64,000 nucleotides of DNA from the NCBI RefSeq assembly GCF_009914755.1, contig NC_060946.1; one strand, given 5' to 3'. Made by a program: the position numbers and the translations under genes. Of the stretch, positions 32,040-49,300 are shown in pieces (position 1 is the stretch's first letter; every line of letters starts with the position of its first letter). The stretch comes from the human T2T-CHM13v2.0 reference genome, Homo sapiens. The notes beneath the pieces are model-generated. The model saw nothing but the letters and a program-made list of their open reading frames with translations. It did not search any database and was not told the DNA's origin.

Positions 32040-33415
32040 GTTATAGTTATCTGTGAAGTGTTCAACAAACTACTTTACTTCATTATTACTGGATGCCAGA
32101 AGCTCAGTTGTGTTCACTTTTTGGATTTTATATAAGTGAGATTGTGTAATATGTATACTTTTACATCTACTTTCTTCTATGCAACATTATATTTATGATA
32201 TTAATTCATGATATTGCAGATAGCTATAGTTTAATTAAAAATTATTTTTTACATTGTGGTAAAGTATACATAAAATTAACCATTTTAGCTATTTTAAGTG
32301 TGCAGCTCAGAAAAATTAACTACTTTCACATTGTTTTGCAACTGTCATTACCACTCATAGGGACCTTCTTTCAACTTGCAGAAACAAAACTCTATACCCA
32401 TTAAATAAGCTCCTTGTTACTCCCCCTCTAGCTCCTAGGAACCACTCTTCTATTTGGGTTTCTAGAATTTAACTACTCTAAGTATCTCATAAGTGGAATG
32501 ATTCAGTATTTGTCCTTTTATGACTGGCTCATGTCACTTTGGACAATGTCCTTAACGTTCATGCAAGACGTACCATGTGTCAGAATTTCCTTATTTTACA
32601 TAGCTGAATAACATTCCACTGTATGTATAAATCACATTTTATCTATTAATCATTGATGGTAATTCAAACAACACTTGAGTAATTCAAACATATTTTTGGT
32701 GATGTGAGTAATGCTGCTATGAACCTAGGTGTATGTGTATTATTTTGTGTCTTTGCTTTCATATCTTTTGCTGCATACCCAGATGTGAAATTGCTGGATC
32801 GTATGGTGATTTTATGTGTAAATTTTTTAGTTACTGTGTTGTTATTTTATATCAGCTGCAGCATTTTACATTTCCACCAACAGTGTACAAGGATTCTAAT
32901 TGCTCCACGTCCTCACCAACACTTCTGATTTTCTGTTTTTTATTTTCTTTTGTTAGTAGTTATGCTGATGGGTGTTAAGTGATATGTCATTTGGGGTTAG
33001 ATTTGCATTTCACTAATGATGAGTTTTGTTGAGCGTCTTTTCATGTGCTTATAAGCCACTTTACATAATTTTTAGAGAAATGTCTGCTTAAGTTTTTGCC
33101 AATATTTTAAACAAGTAGTTTGTTTTATTGTTGCTGAATTGTTCTTTGTATATTCTGTATAGATTACTATTCGTCTATTTTTCTTTTGTTTCTTGTGTTT
33201 TGGGTGTCCTGTTTAAAAAAGAAAACCGCCAAATCCAGTGTTATGACGTGTTTCCCCTATATTTTATTCTAAGAATTTTGTAGTTTTAGCTCTTACATTT
33301 AGGTATTTGATCCAGTTAGTTAATTTTTTCTTACAGTATAAGTGAAGGGCCCAGGTTCATTCTTTTACATGTGGGTACATAATTTCCCCAGCACCAATTG
33401 TTGTGAAGACAGTTC
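32040..33415 (-). mobile_element. Old L1M (L1MB/MC-like) 3' fragments
   Basis: AT-rich sequence with typical L1M 3' UTR text (ataacattccactgtatgtata, ttacatttccaccaacagtgtacaagg, ttttagctcttacatttagg). Confidence 0.8.
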
Positions 33416-33416
33416 T

Positions 33417-33518
33417 TGGCTGGGCGCGATGGCTCACGCCTGTAATCCCAGCACTTTGGGAGGCCGAGGCGGGCGGATCACGAGGTCAGGAGATCAAGAC
33501 CTTCCTGGCTAGCAAGGT
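33417..33518 (+). mobile_element. AluY-like 5' fragment
   Basis: ggctgggcgcgatggctcacgcctgtaatcccagcactttgggaggccgaggcgggcggatcacgaggtcaggagatc, cut off after ~100 bp. Confidence 0.9.
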
Positions 33519-33857
33519 GTCCGCTGTGCTCCTGATCCAGCGAGGCACCCATTGCCACTCCCAATAGGGCTAAAGGCTCGCCATTGTTCCTGCATGGCTA
33601 AGTGCCTGGGTTCATCCTAATCAAGCTGAACACTAGTCACTGGGTTCCACGGTTCTCTTCCGTGACCCACAGCTTCTAATAGAGCTGTAACACTCACCGC
33701 ATGGCTCAAGATTCCATTCCTTGGAATCCATGAGGCCAAGAGCCCCAGGTCAGAGAACAGGAGGCTTGCCACCATCTTGGAAGTGGCCTGCCAAAATTAT
33801 GGAAGTGGCCCGCCACCATCTTGGGAGCTCTGGGAGCAAGGACCGCCCCATGGTAAC
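33519..33857 (+). mobile_element. LTR17 (HERV-W) 3' part
   Basis: gtccgctgtgctcctgatccagcgagg...ctaatagagct.taacactcaccgcatgg...ccatcttgggagctctgggagcaaggac...gtaaca. Confidence 0.8.
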
Positions 33858-34160
33858 AGCACCTTAACTATGCGTCCCCAAGGACCTACAGATCACAGGG
33901 CAATAGGGGCTGTGAGGGAGTTGTCTGGATTTCCCAAGGTGGAGGAGGCCAAAGAAGAGATGGATCCCAAGCTCCTGCACCAGCATCAGCGAGAGACAAA
34001 GGCCCCGCCAAATGCCAGAAGCCACGCCCTCCTCTCTTCTCAAACTGCGCACCTTATTGGGTGGTTCCCACACAAGCGCCACTGATTGAATAAAACGCCA
34101 GGACCCACCCACCCGCGCCTCACCCCAGCCCCTACCCCACTCACCCTGAGCGTTAGTGCA

Positions 34161-35985
<1,825 letters not shown>

Positions 35986-36744
35986 TGGGTGGACAGGCAA
36001 ACAGGCTCGAATAGTTGGGGTCACATGCCCAGAGTATCACAGCTAATTAAGAAGTGAGCTGAGACTTGAAATGCGCATGTTCTTTCCCTTACCAGGATCT
36101 GTTGAGTCATGCATCTTAGCAGCTATTTAAGGGTAGGAAGTAGAACGTTTGGACATCTTTTTAACAACTTTTTAGGCATTTTCATAATGCAGGAAAGACC
36201 CTCATCCCATCCCTGAGCCCCTCTCTCACCACGCTGCACCTCACTGCTGACCACATCGTGGGGTGGCCATTATCAGGCGGGCCAGAATCAGGCCAGAATA
36301 AGGCGGGCAGCGGGGGCTGGGAATAAATACGCAAGAATGATGTTGCCCATATTTGCTCATCTTAGAAAGGCTCCACAACCATTCTGTGTGAAGTGATTAT
36401 TCCAGGGTAATTGTGCCCTGACTGTGCTGCATGTCAGTCTGACTTGACTTTTTGAAAATCACTGGATTACTCTCATTAATGGGGGTGTTTCTGTTTCTAT
36501 TTGGAAATGGCCAAGTGTCCTCTGCAGGTGTCCTGATTTGGTTTGCTAGTTTAGACCCTGAAGGTAGCAGTGAGAAAATGTTTTGGCCACATCAGAATAC
36601 CTATTCTCAGCTGGAGTAGATATAGAAATTTCTTAATAATATTTAACCGTTTTCTCAATAACCATTATATTTAACGGTGATAACTGGAGGGCAGAGAGGG
36701 ACACAGATGACACAATCTTCGAAGTTTAATTTGGTTATAAGGTT

Positions 36745-36830
36745 TTTTGTTCTTGTTTTGTTTTGCTTTGTTTTTGGATACAAGGTCTTGCTCTGGTGCC
36801 CAGGCTGGAGGGCAGTGGCACAATCATAAC
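36745..36830 (-). mobile_element. Alu fragment
   Basis: T-rich tail followed by ggtcttgctctggtgcccaggctggagggcagtggcacaatcata. Confidence 0.75.
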
Positions 36831-36869
36831 TCATAATTTGGTTGTAACTGTTCTTTAAAAAATATTTTT

Positions 36870-37125
36870 GGCTGAGTTTGGTAGCTCACACTTGTAAACA
36901 ATTTGGGAGGCCAAAGTGGGATGATCGCTGGATCCTATGAGTTCAAGACGAGTTTGGGCAACATAAGTAGGCTCACCCTCTACAAAAAAAATTTTAAAAT
37001 TGGCTGGGTGTAGCATTGCATGCCTGTAGTGTAGTCCTTGCTATTTGAGAAGCTGATGTGAAAGGATCACTCGAGCCTAAGAGTTTGAGGCTGCACTGAC
37101 CCATGATTCATCCACTGCACTGACA
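36870..37125 (+). mobile_element. Diverged AluJ-like element
   Basis: ggctgagtttggtagctcacacttgtaa...tgggaggccaaagtggga...gagtttgaggctgcactga.ccatgatt. Confidence 0.8.
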
Positions 37126-37130
37126 GACAG

Positions 37131-37131
<1 letters not shown>

Positions 37132-37168
<37 letters not shown>
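37132..37168. repeat. (TG)n microsatellite
   Basis: About 18 TG units. Confidence 0.97.
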
Positions 37169-37171
<3 letters not shown>

Positions 37172-40100
37172 CAATATGGATGTGAAAATTTCAAGCCCGG
37201 GTGAAAAGTGAAAGCCCATGGTGGGGGATGTGGAGAAAGGTGAGTGTGGCTCCAGCAACTCAGTGAAACTTGGTTTTCCATCTTGAAGAATTGCCCATAC
37301 ACACTGAAACCATAGCCTAGAACATGCCAGTTATCACACTACACCTGCTGGGATACCATTATGTACCCTTTTTAAAAAAATAAAGTCTTTCACCTAAGAG
37401 AAGCAGAAGAGAAAAGGAGGGTTTCACATCTAAAGCCTTCATTTCCTTTATGAAACAACAGCCACTTGTCATTTGAGTTGTCCAAAGGCGACTGACAGCA
37501 CTAATACACTTAATGAATAAAGCAGGAAAAATGGGCCTCTCGGGTGAGGAGGAGGCACAATAGTAACTAAACCCAATCCGTTCTCAGCTTTACATGGTGC
37601 CCGTATCTCAAGAAGTCGTGTTAGCCATGTGAACCGTTTTCACTGGACAAGGCCAGAAGAAAGAACATTTAGTACAACACAACCATGAGGCTGCAAATCA
37701 AACTGGTAGTGGGAGCATGCACAAGGCTTCAGTGGCTGAGACACTGGTGGCTACCCTTGGGTGTCACTTAAAACTTCGAGGTGAAGGACATTTTTTTTCC
37801 AATTGGCTCAGGGAAACTAATAAACATTAGAATTGAAATTTGTTTTTCTTTTCAAAATTTCTAAGACATAGAGGACCCTCTAAACACTCCAAAAGACATT
37901 CAGATATACATGCAGCTGAGGACCTGCCTGCTCTGCAGAGGGATGGCTGAGCAGCAGCCACCAGCTGTAATAGCTTTAATCTTCTCCTCTCACAGGGACA
38001 GGCCACTTCCACACACACTGCTTACTTCATAGGCTGTGGCCCTCAGATGCACCTGGGGGACTGCTTTCCTCCCATCTCATTAGCTCTCCAAGACAGCCAA
38101 TCTCACTCTAAAACCTACACTAGGATGGTGAGTTGTAGACTCTCCTCCATTCTCCCAGCGCAGTGTGACTTCCAGAGAGTGCTCCCCCATCCTCTTACCT
38201 CAACTGATGTGAAAAGGGCCAGTGCCTGGGCAGTTAGATGTTCAGTGACCTCACAGGTCCAGCATGCCCAGGGCCTGGCCCCACAGTCTGGCACCTCTCC
38301 CCTACCTTGCCTTCATGCCGGCCTTTTCTTTTCTGTCACCAATGTCAGGTGACATTCACCTGTGCCACACTCTCATGAGTGTGGTAAGTGATGGGTGGGT
38401 AAACCCCAGCTGAGTGCCTGTGACTCTATCCTCTTACCTTTCACTCAAGTGACATTATAAGCATAATCTTACATTTGATTTAATTTATGCATAATCTTTT
38501 CTATAACATTTCTGACAACAGCCCTCACAACCAAAGGAGACTGGGTTACAGAACACATGGGCAAGGCTGGGGTAGCAGGTTTCACTTACTTTATTCCAAT
38601 GTGAAATGAATATGTGATGGTTTAAAACCAAGACAAAGTTGTTTATCAGCTGTGGGGTTGCTACACTTGCTAGCTCATGCTCACTTCCTTTGAAACAAGG
38701 AATCTGGAGAGACTATATTCATAAGTAGCTCTTTGCAAACCCCCAGGCAGAAGCCCCAGTCAGACACAGCTCCCTCCGGCTCTCAGGGCGGCAACTTCCT
38801 CCTCCATGTTGGGCTCTGCCAGCAGGCAAGGGAAGAGCTCCCTCAGGCTCCCACGGCTGCAACCTCCTCCTCCATGTTGGGCTCTGACAGCAGGCAAGGG
38901 AAGCAGCACAGGCAGCGGGGGACAGGAAGCCACCCAGGGCCATAGGGATCCTCAAACGCCCCAGAGCTATTCTCTGTAGAAAGGGCTGTGTGGCAAGGAC
39001 CAGGTATGGAGCTGGGTTCCACAGAGAGGTGACAACCACTTCTGTATCTCTAAATTTCTCCCAGGATCCATGATCGAGCCCTGCTTTCCCCCAGGCCCTT
39101 CACCCACCCTGCCCCCACTGTGTGTTAGGCAGCTCAGGTTAAAATGGGAGAAAAATATATTCAGATTGTAGCCTACAAGTTTTCCCATCTGGGCTGCAGA
39201 GAGTAGGGAAGGAAGTCAGGGCCTGTGGCAGTGCCTTTTGCTGTGCCTGAGGGCAGGAAGGCCAGGGCTGGGCACATGGATGTCTCTGGGACCACCACTG
39301 CTGACTTCCTCACCCTCACCTGGAGCTACAACCAGCCCAGGCTATCACGATTAATAAAACCACTGCAGCTCTCATCCTGTCACAAAACTAATGTGCACCC
39401 AACCGCAGCCCTACACAGATCCCTGGCTTCCTATCCCAGAACACAGAAAATCCTCTTTTTTACTTAAAACGTGCACTTTAAGCCAGATTGGGCCTGGGGA
39501 TAGTGGCAGCAGAAGCAAGAGCCAGATGTATACACTCCAGATGTATACACTCAAGGGCATGGGCACATTCCACACTTGCTGAAGAATGAGAGTCCTGAGA
39601 GGCACCTGTTTCCCAGCTGCTAACCGATGTCCACACATCCCATTCATGTGTCTTCATTTAGGCCTCTGCATCATGTATTTGTTCAGCCAGTGCAAACACA
39701 TCTTCTGGGGGGCATCATTGATTGCAGCACCAGCCCCACTTGTTTTGGGAGGGAGTCAGGAGGAATCTGGTCAGCTCCTAATCCCCCAGGACAAAGGTGT
39801 TGCCCCCTTTTCAGCACTCACATCCAGCAGCACCATCTCAGGATGGTTTTTCAAACACAAGTAGCATGAGGTAGCAAGCATGGTGTGACAGGCTCAGGGC
39901 CATAGGCAGCCGGCTGCTGGAGAAGCAGCACAGGGCAGGCACATCTGTGGGTGGCACCCTGACAAGCCAAGGAAGCCACAGCCCCTACCCCCAACAGCCC
40001 CAGCCCAGATGGCATTCAAATCTTCCCAGATAGTATTGGGGTTCCTGATGCCCATCACTCCCCTGCTCATTAGCACTGCCTTGTGTTGGTTACTCAGGGA

Positions 40101-40949
40101 CTAAGGAGAGAGGGTGGGGGATGTAGATCCAGGGTGGGCACTGCCTCACAGCCAGAGTCCACCTGACTGCAGGCCAGCAAGCAAGCCCAAGCAGCTCAGC
40201 TCTAGACACTTAGCCTCACCACCTCTGGCTACACTTTCTATGTATACTTTATGCAAAGGTAGAAAAAGAGGTCAGTATTAGCTGTTGTGACATAAAAGTC
40301 TATGCCCCATTAAGACCTTATTAAAATGCTGTTGCCTTAAGCCCTCTTTCTTCTAATAAAATTTATAGAAATACACACATACAAGCTGAAACTACTATAA
40401 ATGAAATATTAGGATTTTTTAAACCCATAAACAAACACTAAAACAGTCACTGTTTGAATGCAGAGAAAGTGGGAGTCTAAAGCAGCTGACCCCAAAACAA
40501 CCTTAGCAAGCCCAAGGCCAGGCCAGGCAGTCTGAACACTACAAGGTCACATGATGGTCACAGAGGATGACAGCTCCCATGAGTATTCCCAGGCACTGTG
40601 TTAGCTTCTCACTCACAGAGTCTCAGAATGCCTCCTCACCAATACCCTGTGAGGGAAGGCCCCACCTCACTACAGCACAAGAGGTTCCTGAGCTCTTCCC
40701 AGAAAATGGTTATCAAAGGGTGGAGCTGGGGGAAGCCCAGACAGAAAAAGTGAGTCCCCAGGGTCTCCTTAACCTCCCTCAGCTCCTCCACATGGGGCCC
40801 TGAGGGAAAGTGAGCGGCCTCCTAACCCCTTAGATAGGGTTCCAGTACTGCAGGTCTGGACTTCCTCATTTTCTGGAACTACAGGAGGTGACAATGCAAA
40901 CCCATAACCCTTATTTGCCATCCCTCAATGCCAGGCCAGGCCCAGAGCC

Positions 40950-43300
40950 CTGTGCTGACACAGCCCAGGGGATGCTCGAGGCCCACCTCAGCACAGTCAC
41001 CAATAGCGTAGTGAGATGAGCAAGGAGGTGCAAGTAGGCACAAATCCCCATGGACATGGCCTCAGGCATGTTCCACAGGCTCAGGGTCTCCCTGATGAGC
41101 TCACAGCCCTCCTTCAGGGAGCCTGCAGAGCACATCCCCAGGGAGCAGTGCTCAGATGAGCAGGCAGGCCCCGGATTCCCCACCCCAGGATGCTCTGTTC
41201 CACTTTGCAGGGCTGCTGCATTGGCTAGTCTCCACTGGTTTCTGGTGGGATGTTTCAGTTGAAGTGAATGTTGAAGGGCATAGAGCTGATGGAGCTGACT
41301 GCCTTGCAGATGTTGTAAATCACCTCTTGGCTCCACGGGTCAGCTGTGGAGACACAGCTTGATGGGAGGTAGCCCCACTCCACCATCAGTGGTGCTGGGC
41401 TGCCCTGATCTGCACCTTCCAGCTCCTTGCTGAGATGTCTGCATGTTTCTCTAAGGGACTGGGTCACGAGACACCCCTGGCAAGGCCCAGCTGGCAGAAT
41501 AGGCTGGACATTCTCCCTCAGCCTCCCCAGCAGCCCGGCCTGTGCTGTCACCTGTGCTGATGATCTCACTTCTCTATCTTAATAACAGCACTGATAACTT
41601 TTAAGCCCTAGCAAGCTGAAACTGCAAGACAAATGATCTTCTGCCTTAGAAGGGCTATGGTTGGGCAGTGTGTGCCCAGGTGAGAGCCCTGTGGTTGTTA
41701 GTGGAAGTAGGGAGCTGGATGGGCCTGGCCCCATAGCCTAGTGAAAAGTAGGGCCCTCTCCTTCCAGAGCATCAAAGTCTTAGAGGCTGAAAAAAGGTGC
41801 TTGGGTGGGCTGCCAAGAAGCAGAAGGATAGAAGGCTTTGCAAGGAACCCGAACAGACTTCAAGGTGCCTGAGAGGGCTGGGCTTATACCAGCTCTCTTT
41901 GCTTTCACCCTGTTAGCAAGAAAACCTGCTCACAGATGGCAGGTGGGCCTGAGGCTGCCAGTCACTCACCAGGGGCTATAGGTGCCTTGATTGTGGCCGT
42001 TTCTTGAAGCAGCTGCTCAGGCCGGTTATTGCAGAGCAGTTCCCTCATTATCCACAGGTCCTTGTTCCAGCCTCGGCTCTGCAAAGGGACTAGGAAGGGA
42101 CGAGGCAAGGGCTCAGCCTGTGCCCAACCTGCTCTGAGATATCTCTTTTGTTACTTCCTCATGGACAGCCTCAAACTTCCAAATGAACAGACCAGCGTGG
42201 AGCCTCCAGGAAAGTGCATAGAATTCTGTCTGGCACCCAGAGGGAAGGAGGTTCCCAGTGAGGGCAGGATCAGGCTTCATGCACCTCTTCAGGAATGTTC
42301 TCCTCATAGTCCAACCTCAAGGTGTGCATCTTCTGTGTGCATGGAGTCCATGGCAGGCTCTGCTTGGGGAGCCATCCAGCTGCACAACTGCAATGTGTTG
42401 GTGACCCTCTTGAATAGGTGTTTCTGGCCCCAAGGCTGGCAGCAGAGAGGGAGATGTTCAGTCACCAAGCCCAGAGCCCTGCCACAGGCTTCTGTGAGGC
42501 CTCCATCTACTCTGGGTTCTTGCCCTGAGAGGCTGCCCTGAAGTCAAACAGAAGCAGGTGGGCCTCTTCCAGGGCTGCTCTCTCCCCAACTCACAGCTCC
42601 CTAGAGGGGGACTCAGACAGCAGGGACAGATTCTTCAAGCAGAAACACTGGAGTTTAGGCTGGCCAGTTCATTCCAAACCCCCACATGACATGACACAAG
42701 GCAGAGGCTGTAGGACAAAGGCATTGCCTTTTCTTCTGGCATGAGGAATGGCTTAGGAAGCAGGGGATGGTGGGGCTGGGGTTGAGTGATGGGCTGTGGG
42801 CCACAAGGAGTGGGTGGGCACTGAGCAAGTGTCCTGGTTGTCTGTCCATAGACCCAGAATGAGTGGCATCTCAGGAGCCTGTGAGGGGCTGGCAGAGACT
42901 TACTGGTTCCAGGAAAAGCCCCATGTGGATGTAGTAAAGCTGCCTGCTGGTCCTTGGCTGTAATTACAAACAGGTACATGAGGTACCCATGCATCTTGAA
43001 GCTCTCAGGGAGTCGGTTGCAGCTGCTCATGGTAGGCACTTTTAGTCACTGAACATGCTTCAGGTATGTCCAAGCTTGATTAAGCCAGGCATCTTGCTGT
43101 GAGGCCCTCCACTTCACTAAGGACACTCTTCCTTGCTCCCCCTGGCAGTTGGAACTTCCAGTTCTGGTTCTGCAGACACGATGGCCCCACCTGGACCACT
43201 AGGAGAATGTGCGCAAGTGACACACAGTCTATGGGGCCCATTTCCAAGCCATTCTTCCATTTCACACTGTTTGAGGGAGGCGAGGCCGGTGACAAGCACA
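40950..43300 (-). pseudogene. CLUHP: Unprocessed, partial CLUH (clustered mitochondria homolog) pseudogene
   Basis: Separated exon remnants match CLUH as recalled: KNGLEMGPIDC (KKGLEMDPIDC), KMHGYLMYLFVITAKD (KMHGDLMYLFVITAED), SWMAPQAEPAMD..LRLDYEENIP (SWTAPQAEHAMD..SRLGYEEHIP), WNKDLWIMREL (WNEELQTTREL), DPWSQEVIYNICKAVSSISS ([20 protein letters not shown]) and LKEGCELIRETL (LKEGCELINEAL). Confidence 0.88.
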
Positions 43301-43419
43301 GAGCCACCCAAGGCCAGCTGTCTGCACCTAAATGTGATGCTTGTCTGGATGTCTCGGGGCCAGAAACCCCCAGGTGAGATGGCCTGGTCCTCACCACCTG
43401 GCGTCCGTGCTCCCAGAAA

Positions 43420-45689
<2,270 letters not shown>

Positions 45690-46315
45690 TCATGAATGGC
45701 GGTGAGCCGTGGGACAGCCCGCCACACCCCAGAAGGGTCCCAGGGCGTCGAGGCCGGCGGCTGGGGGTTGGTGGGGTTGGGGGGGGAGGGCATGGTGATA
45801 GTGGTGGTGGGGCCGGAGAGACGAAGAGGAAGGGGGCGAGGGGGAAGTGGTGAGGGGGGCGCGTTTCGGGGGCTGGCTCTCCGGATCTCTCCAGGAATCC
45901 TGCGGGAACTGGAAGCCGTTCTCAGGGCTCCCAGGCGTCTTCAGCAGGGAGAAACCGGCATGGGAGGGTGGAGGGGACTGTGGAACTGAACCTCCCTGGG
46001 AGTCTTGAGAGTTCCAGGCCCTGTCTCCATGAAGGAGGCAGTGCCTGTGGGTGTCGCCATTGCCGGGACAGTCTCAAACACGCAGGCGTGTGGCTCTCGT
46101 TCATTTCCACGTAGGAGACCAGAGCGAGATCCCAGAGAGAAGATGCCTCCCCGGCGTGATGGCCTGATGATGGATTCCCGTGTGCGGCAACATGGGGAGT
46201 CTGCAGTGTGGCCAGCCTGGAAACTGGCAAGGAGTGCGAAGGCACCATGCCAGTCTTCCACCCTTCCCTGCATGTTTCCGGGTGCCCGCAGAGCTCCGCG
46301 AGCAAACAGTCAGCA

Positions 46316-49300
46316 TGACATATCTCTGAACTGATCAACAAAGTGATGTAACTCTTGACTAGGCTCTGCCTACAGGGGCTTTGTGACATATCTCTGAACT
46401 GATCACCCAGGTAATGGGACTTTTGTCTAGGCTCTGCCTATGGGGGCATTGTGACATATCTCTACACTGATCACCCAGGTGATGTAACTCTTGTGTTGGA
46501 TCTGCCTATGGGGGCATTGTGACATATTTCTGCACTGATCACCCAGGCGATGGGACCCATCTCAAGACTCTGCTTACTAGGGGCATTGTCACACATGTCT
46601 GCACTGATCACCCAGGTGACGGACTCTTGTCTTGGATTTGTCTATGGAGACATTGTGACATATCTTTGCACTGATCACCTAGGTGATGTAACTCTGGTCT
46701 AAGCTCTACCTAAAGGGGCATTGTGACAGATCTCTGCAATGATCACCTAGCAGATGTAACTATTGTCTAGGCTCTGCTTACTGGGGGTATTGTGATATAT
46801 CTCTGCACTGATCACCTAAGTGATGTAACACTTGTGTAGGCTCTGCCTACAGGGGCATTTTGACATATCTCTGCACTGATAACCAAGGTGATGTAACCCT
46901 TTTCTAGGCTGTGGCCACAGGGGGATTGAGACATATCTCTGCACTGATCCCGAGGTGATCCAACTCTTCCCTGGTCTCTGCCTACTGGGGACATTGTGAC
47001 ATATCTCTGCACTGATCTGCCAGGTGATGGGAATTTTGTCTAGGCTCTGCCTATGGGGGCATTGTGACATATCTCTACACTGATCACCTAGGTGATGTAA
47101 CACATGTGTTGGATCTGCCTATGGGGGCATTGTGATATATCTCTACACTGATCTCTAAGGTGATGTAACTCTTGTGTTGGATCTGCTATGGGGGCATTGT
47201 GACATTTTTCTGCACTGATCACCCAGGTGATGGGACTCTTGTCTAGGCTCTGTGTATGGGGGCTTTGTGACATATCTCTGCACTGATCACCCAGGTGATG
47301 TAATGCTTGACTAGGCTCTGTCTACGGGGCATAGTGATATACCACTTCATTGATCACCGAGGTGTTGTAACTTTTATCCAGGCTCTGCCTATAGGGGCCT
47401 TGTGACATATCTCTGCACTGATCAACTAAGAGATGTAACTCTTGCTTACGCTCTGCCTGCAGGGGCATTGTGAAATATCTCTGCACTGATCACCCAGGTG
47501 ATGGGACTCTTCTCTAGGCTCTGCCTACTGGGGGCATTGTCACATATTTCTGCACTTATCACCCAGGTGGCGGACTCTTGTCTTGGATTTGCCTATGGGT
47601 TCACTGTGACATATCTCTGCACTGATCACCCAGGTGATCTAACTCTTGTCTAGGCTCTGCTTACAGGAGGTATTGTGACATATCACTGCACTGATCACCT
47701 AAGTGATGTAACACTTGTGTAGGCTCTGCCTACAGGGGCATTTTGACATATCTCTGCATTGTTAATCGAGGTGACGTAACTCTTGTCTAGGCTGTGCCCA
47801 CAGTGGGATTGAGAGATTTCTCTGCACTGATCCCGAGGTGATCCAACTCTTGCCTGGTCTCTGCCTACTGGGGACATTGTGACATATCTCTGCAATGATC
47901 TCCCAGGTGCTGTAACTTTAGTCTAGGCTCTGGCTACACGGCATTGTGACATATCACTGCACTGATCACCCAGGTGATATAACTCTTGTCTAGGCTCTGC
48001 CTACAGGGAGCTTGTGACATATCCCTGCACTGATCACCCAGGTGATATAACTCTTCTCTAGGATCTACCTACAGGGTGCTTTGTGACATATCCCTGCAAT
48101 GATCACCCAGGTGATATACGAATTGTCAAGGCTCTGCCTACAGGGGCATTGCGATGTATCTCTGCACTGATCACCTACTTCATGTAACTCTTGCCTAGGC
48201 TCTGCCTACAGTGGCATTGTGACATATCTCTGCCCTGTTCAACCAGGTGATGTAACTCTTTTCTAGGATCTGCCTATAGGGTGCTTTGTGACATATCCCT
48301 GCAATGATCACCCAGGTGATGTACCACTTGTCAAGGCTCTGCCTACAGGGACATTGCGATGTATCTCTGCACTGATCACCTAGGTCATGTAACTCTTGTC
48401 TAGGCTCTGCCTACAGTGGCATTGTGACATATCTCTGCACTAATCATCCAATTGATGTAACACTTGTCTAGGATCTGCCTAAAGGGACTTTGTGACATAA
48501 CTCTGTCCTGATAATCCAGGTGATGGGGCTTTTATCTAGGCTCTGCCTAAGAGGGCATTGTGACATATTTCTGCACTGGTCACCTATGTGACGGACTCTT
48601 GTCTTGGATCTGCCTATGGGGGCATTGTGACATATCTCTGCACTGATCACCCAGGTGTTGCAAGTGTTGTATAAGCTCTGCCTACAGGGGAATTGTGGGA
48701 GATCTCGCCACTGATCACCCAAGTGATGTAACGATAGTCTAGGCTTTGCCTGCAGGGGGCTTTGTGACATAACTTTGCACTGATCACGCGGGTGATGTAA
48801 CTCATCGAAGTTCTGCCTACAGGAGCTTTGTGACATATCTCTGCACTGGTCACTTGGGTGATGTAACACTTTTATAACCACTGCCTACAGGAAATTCTGA
48901 ACGAGAGCCACACGGCTGCGCGTGTGAGACTGTCCTGGCAATGGCGACAGCCACAGGCATTCCCTCTTTCACGGAGAAGCCGGCCTGGGAGGGTGGAGGG
49001 GAGTGTGGAACTGAACCTCCGTGGGAGTGTGGGGCGTTTTCACATATCCCTGAACTGATGACAAATGTGATGTAACTCTTGCCTAGGCTTTGCCTACGCG
49101 GGACATTGTGACATATCTCTGCACCGCCCCAAACGAGTCTCCTTCACCGTCCCCGTCCCCGGGCTTCTGCGGGTGATCAGTGCAGAAATATGTCACAATG
49201 CCCCCATAGACAGATGCAACACAAGAGTTACATCACCTGGGTGATCAATGTAGAGATATGTCACAATGCCCCCATAGGCAGAGCCTAGACAAAAGTCCCA

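Noticed and set aside
37400-40900. Possible further pseudogene exons (e.g. FRG2, RARRES2 or AGGF1 types seen near D4Z4)
   Set aside because: I could not match any translated segment to those proteins. A BLASTX/BLAT search is needed.
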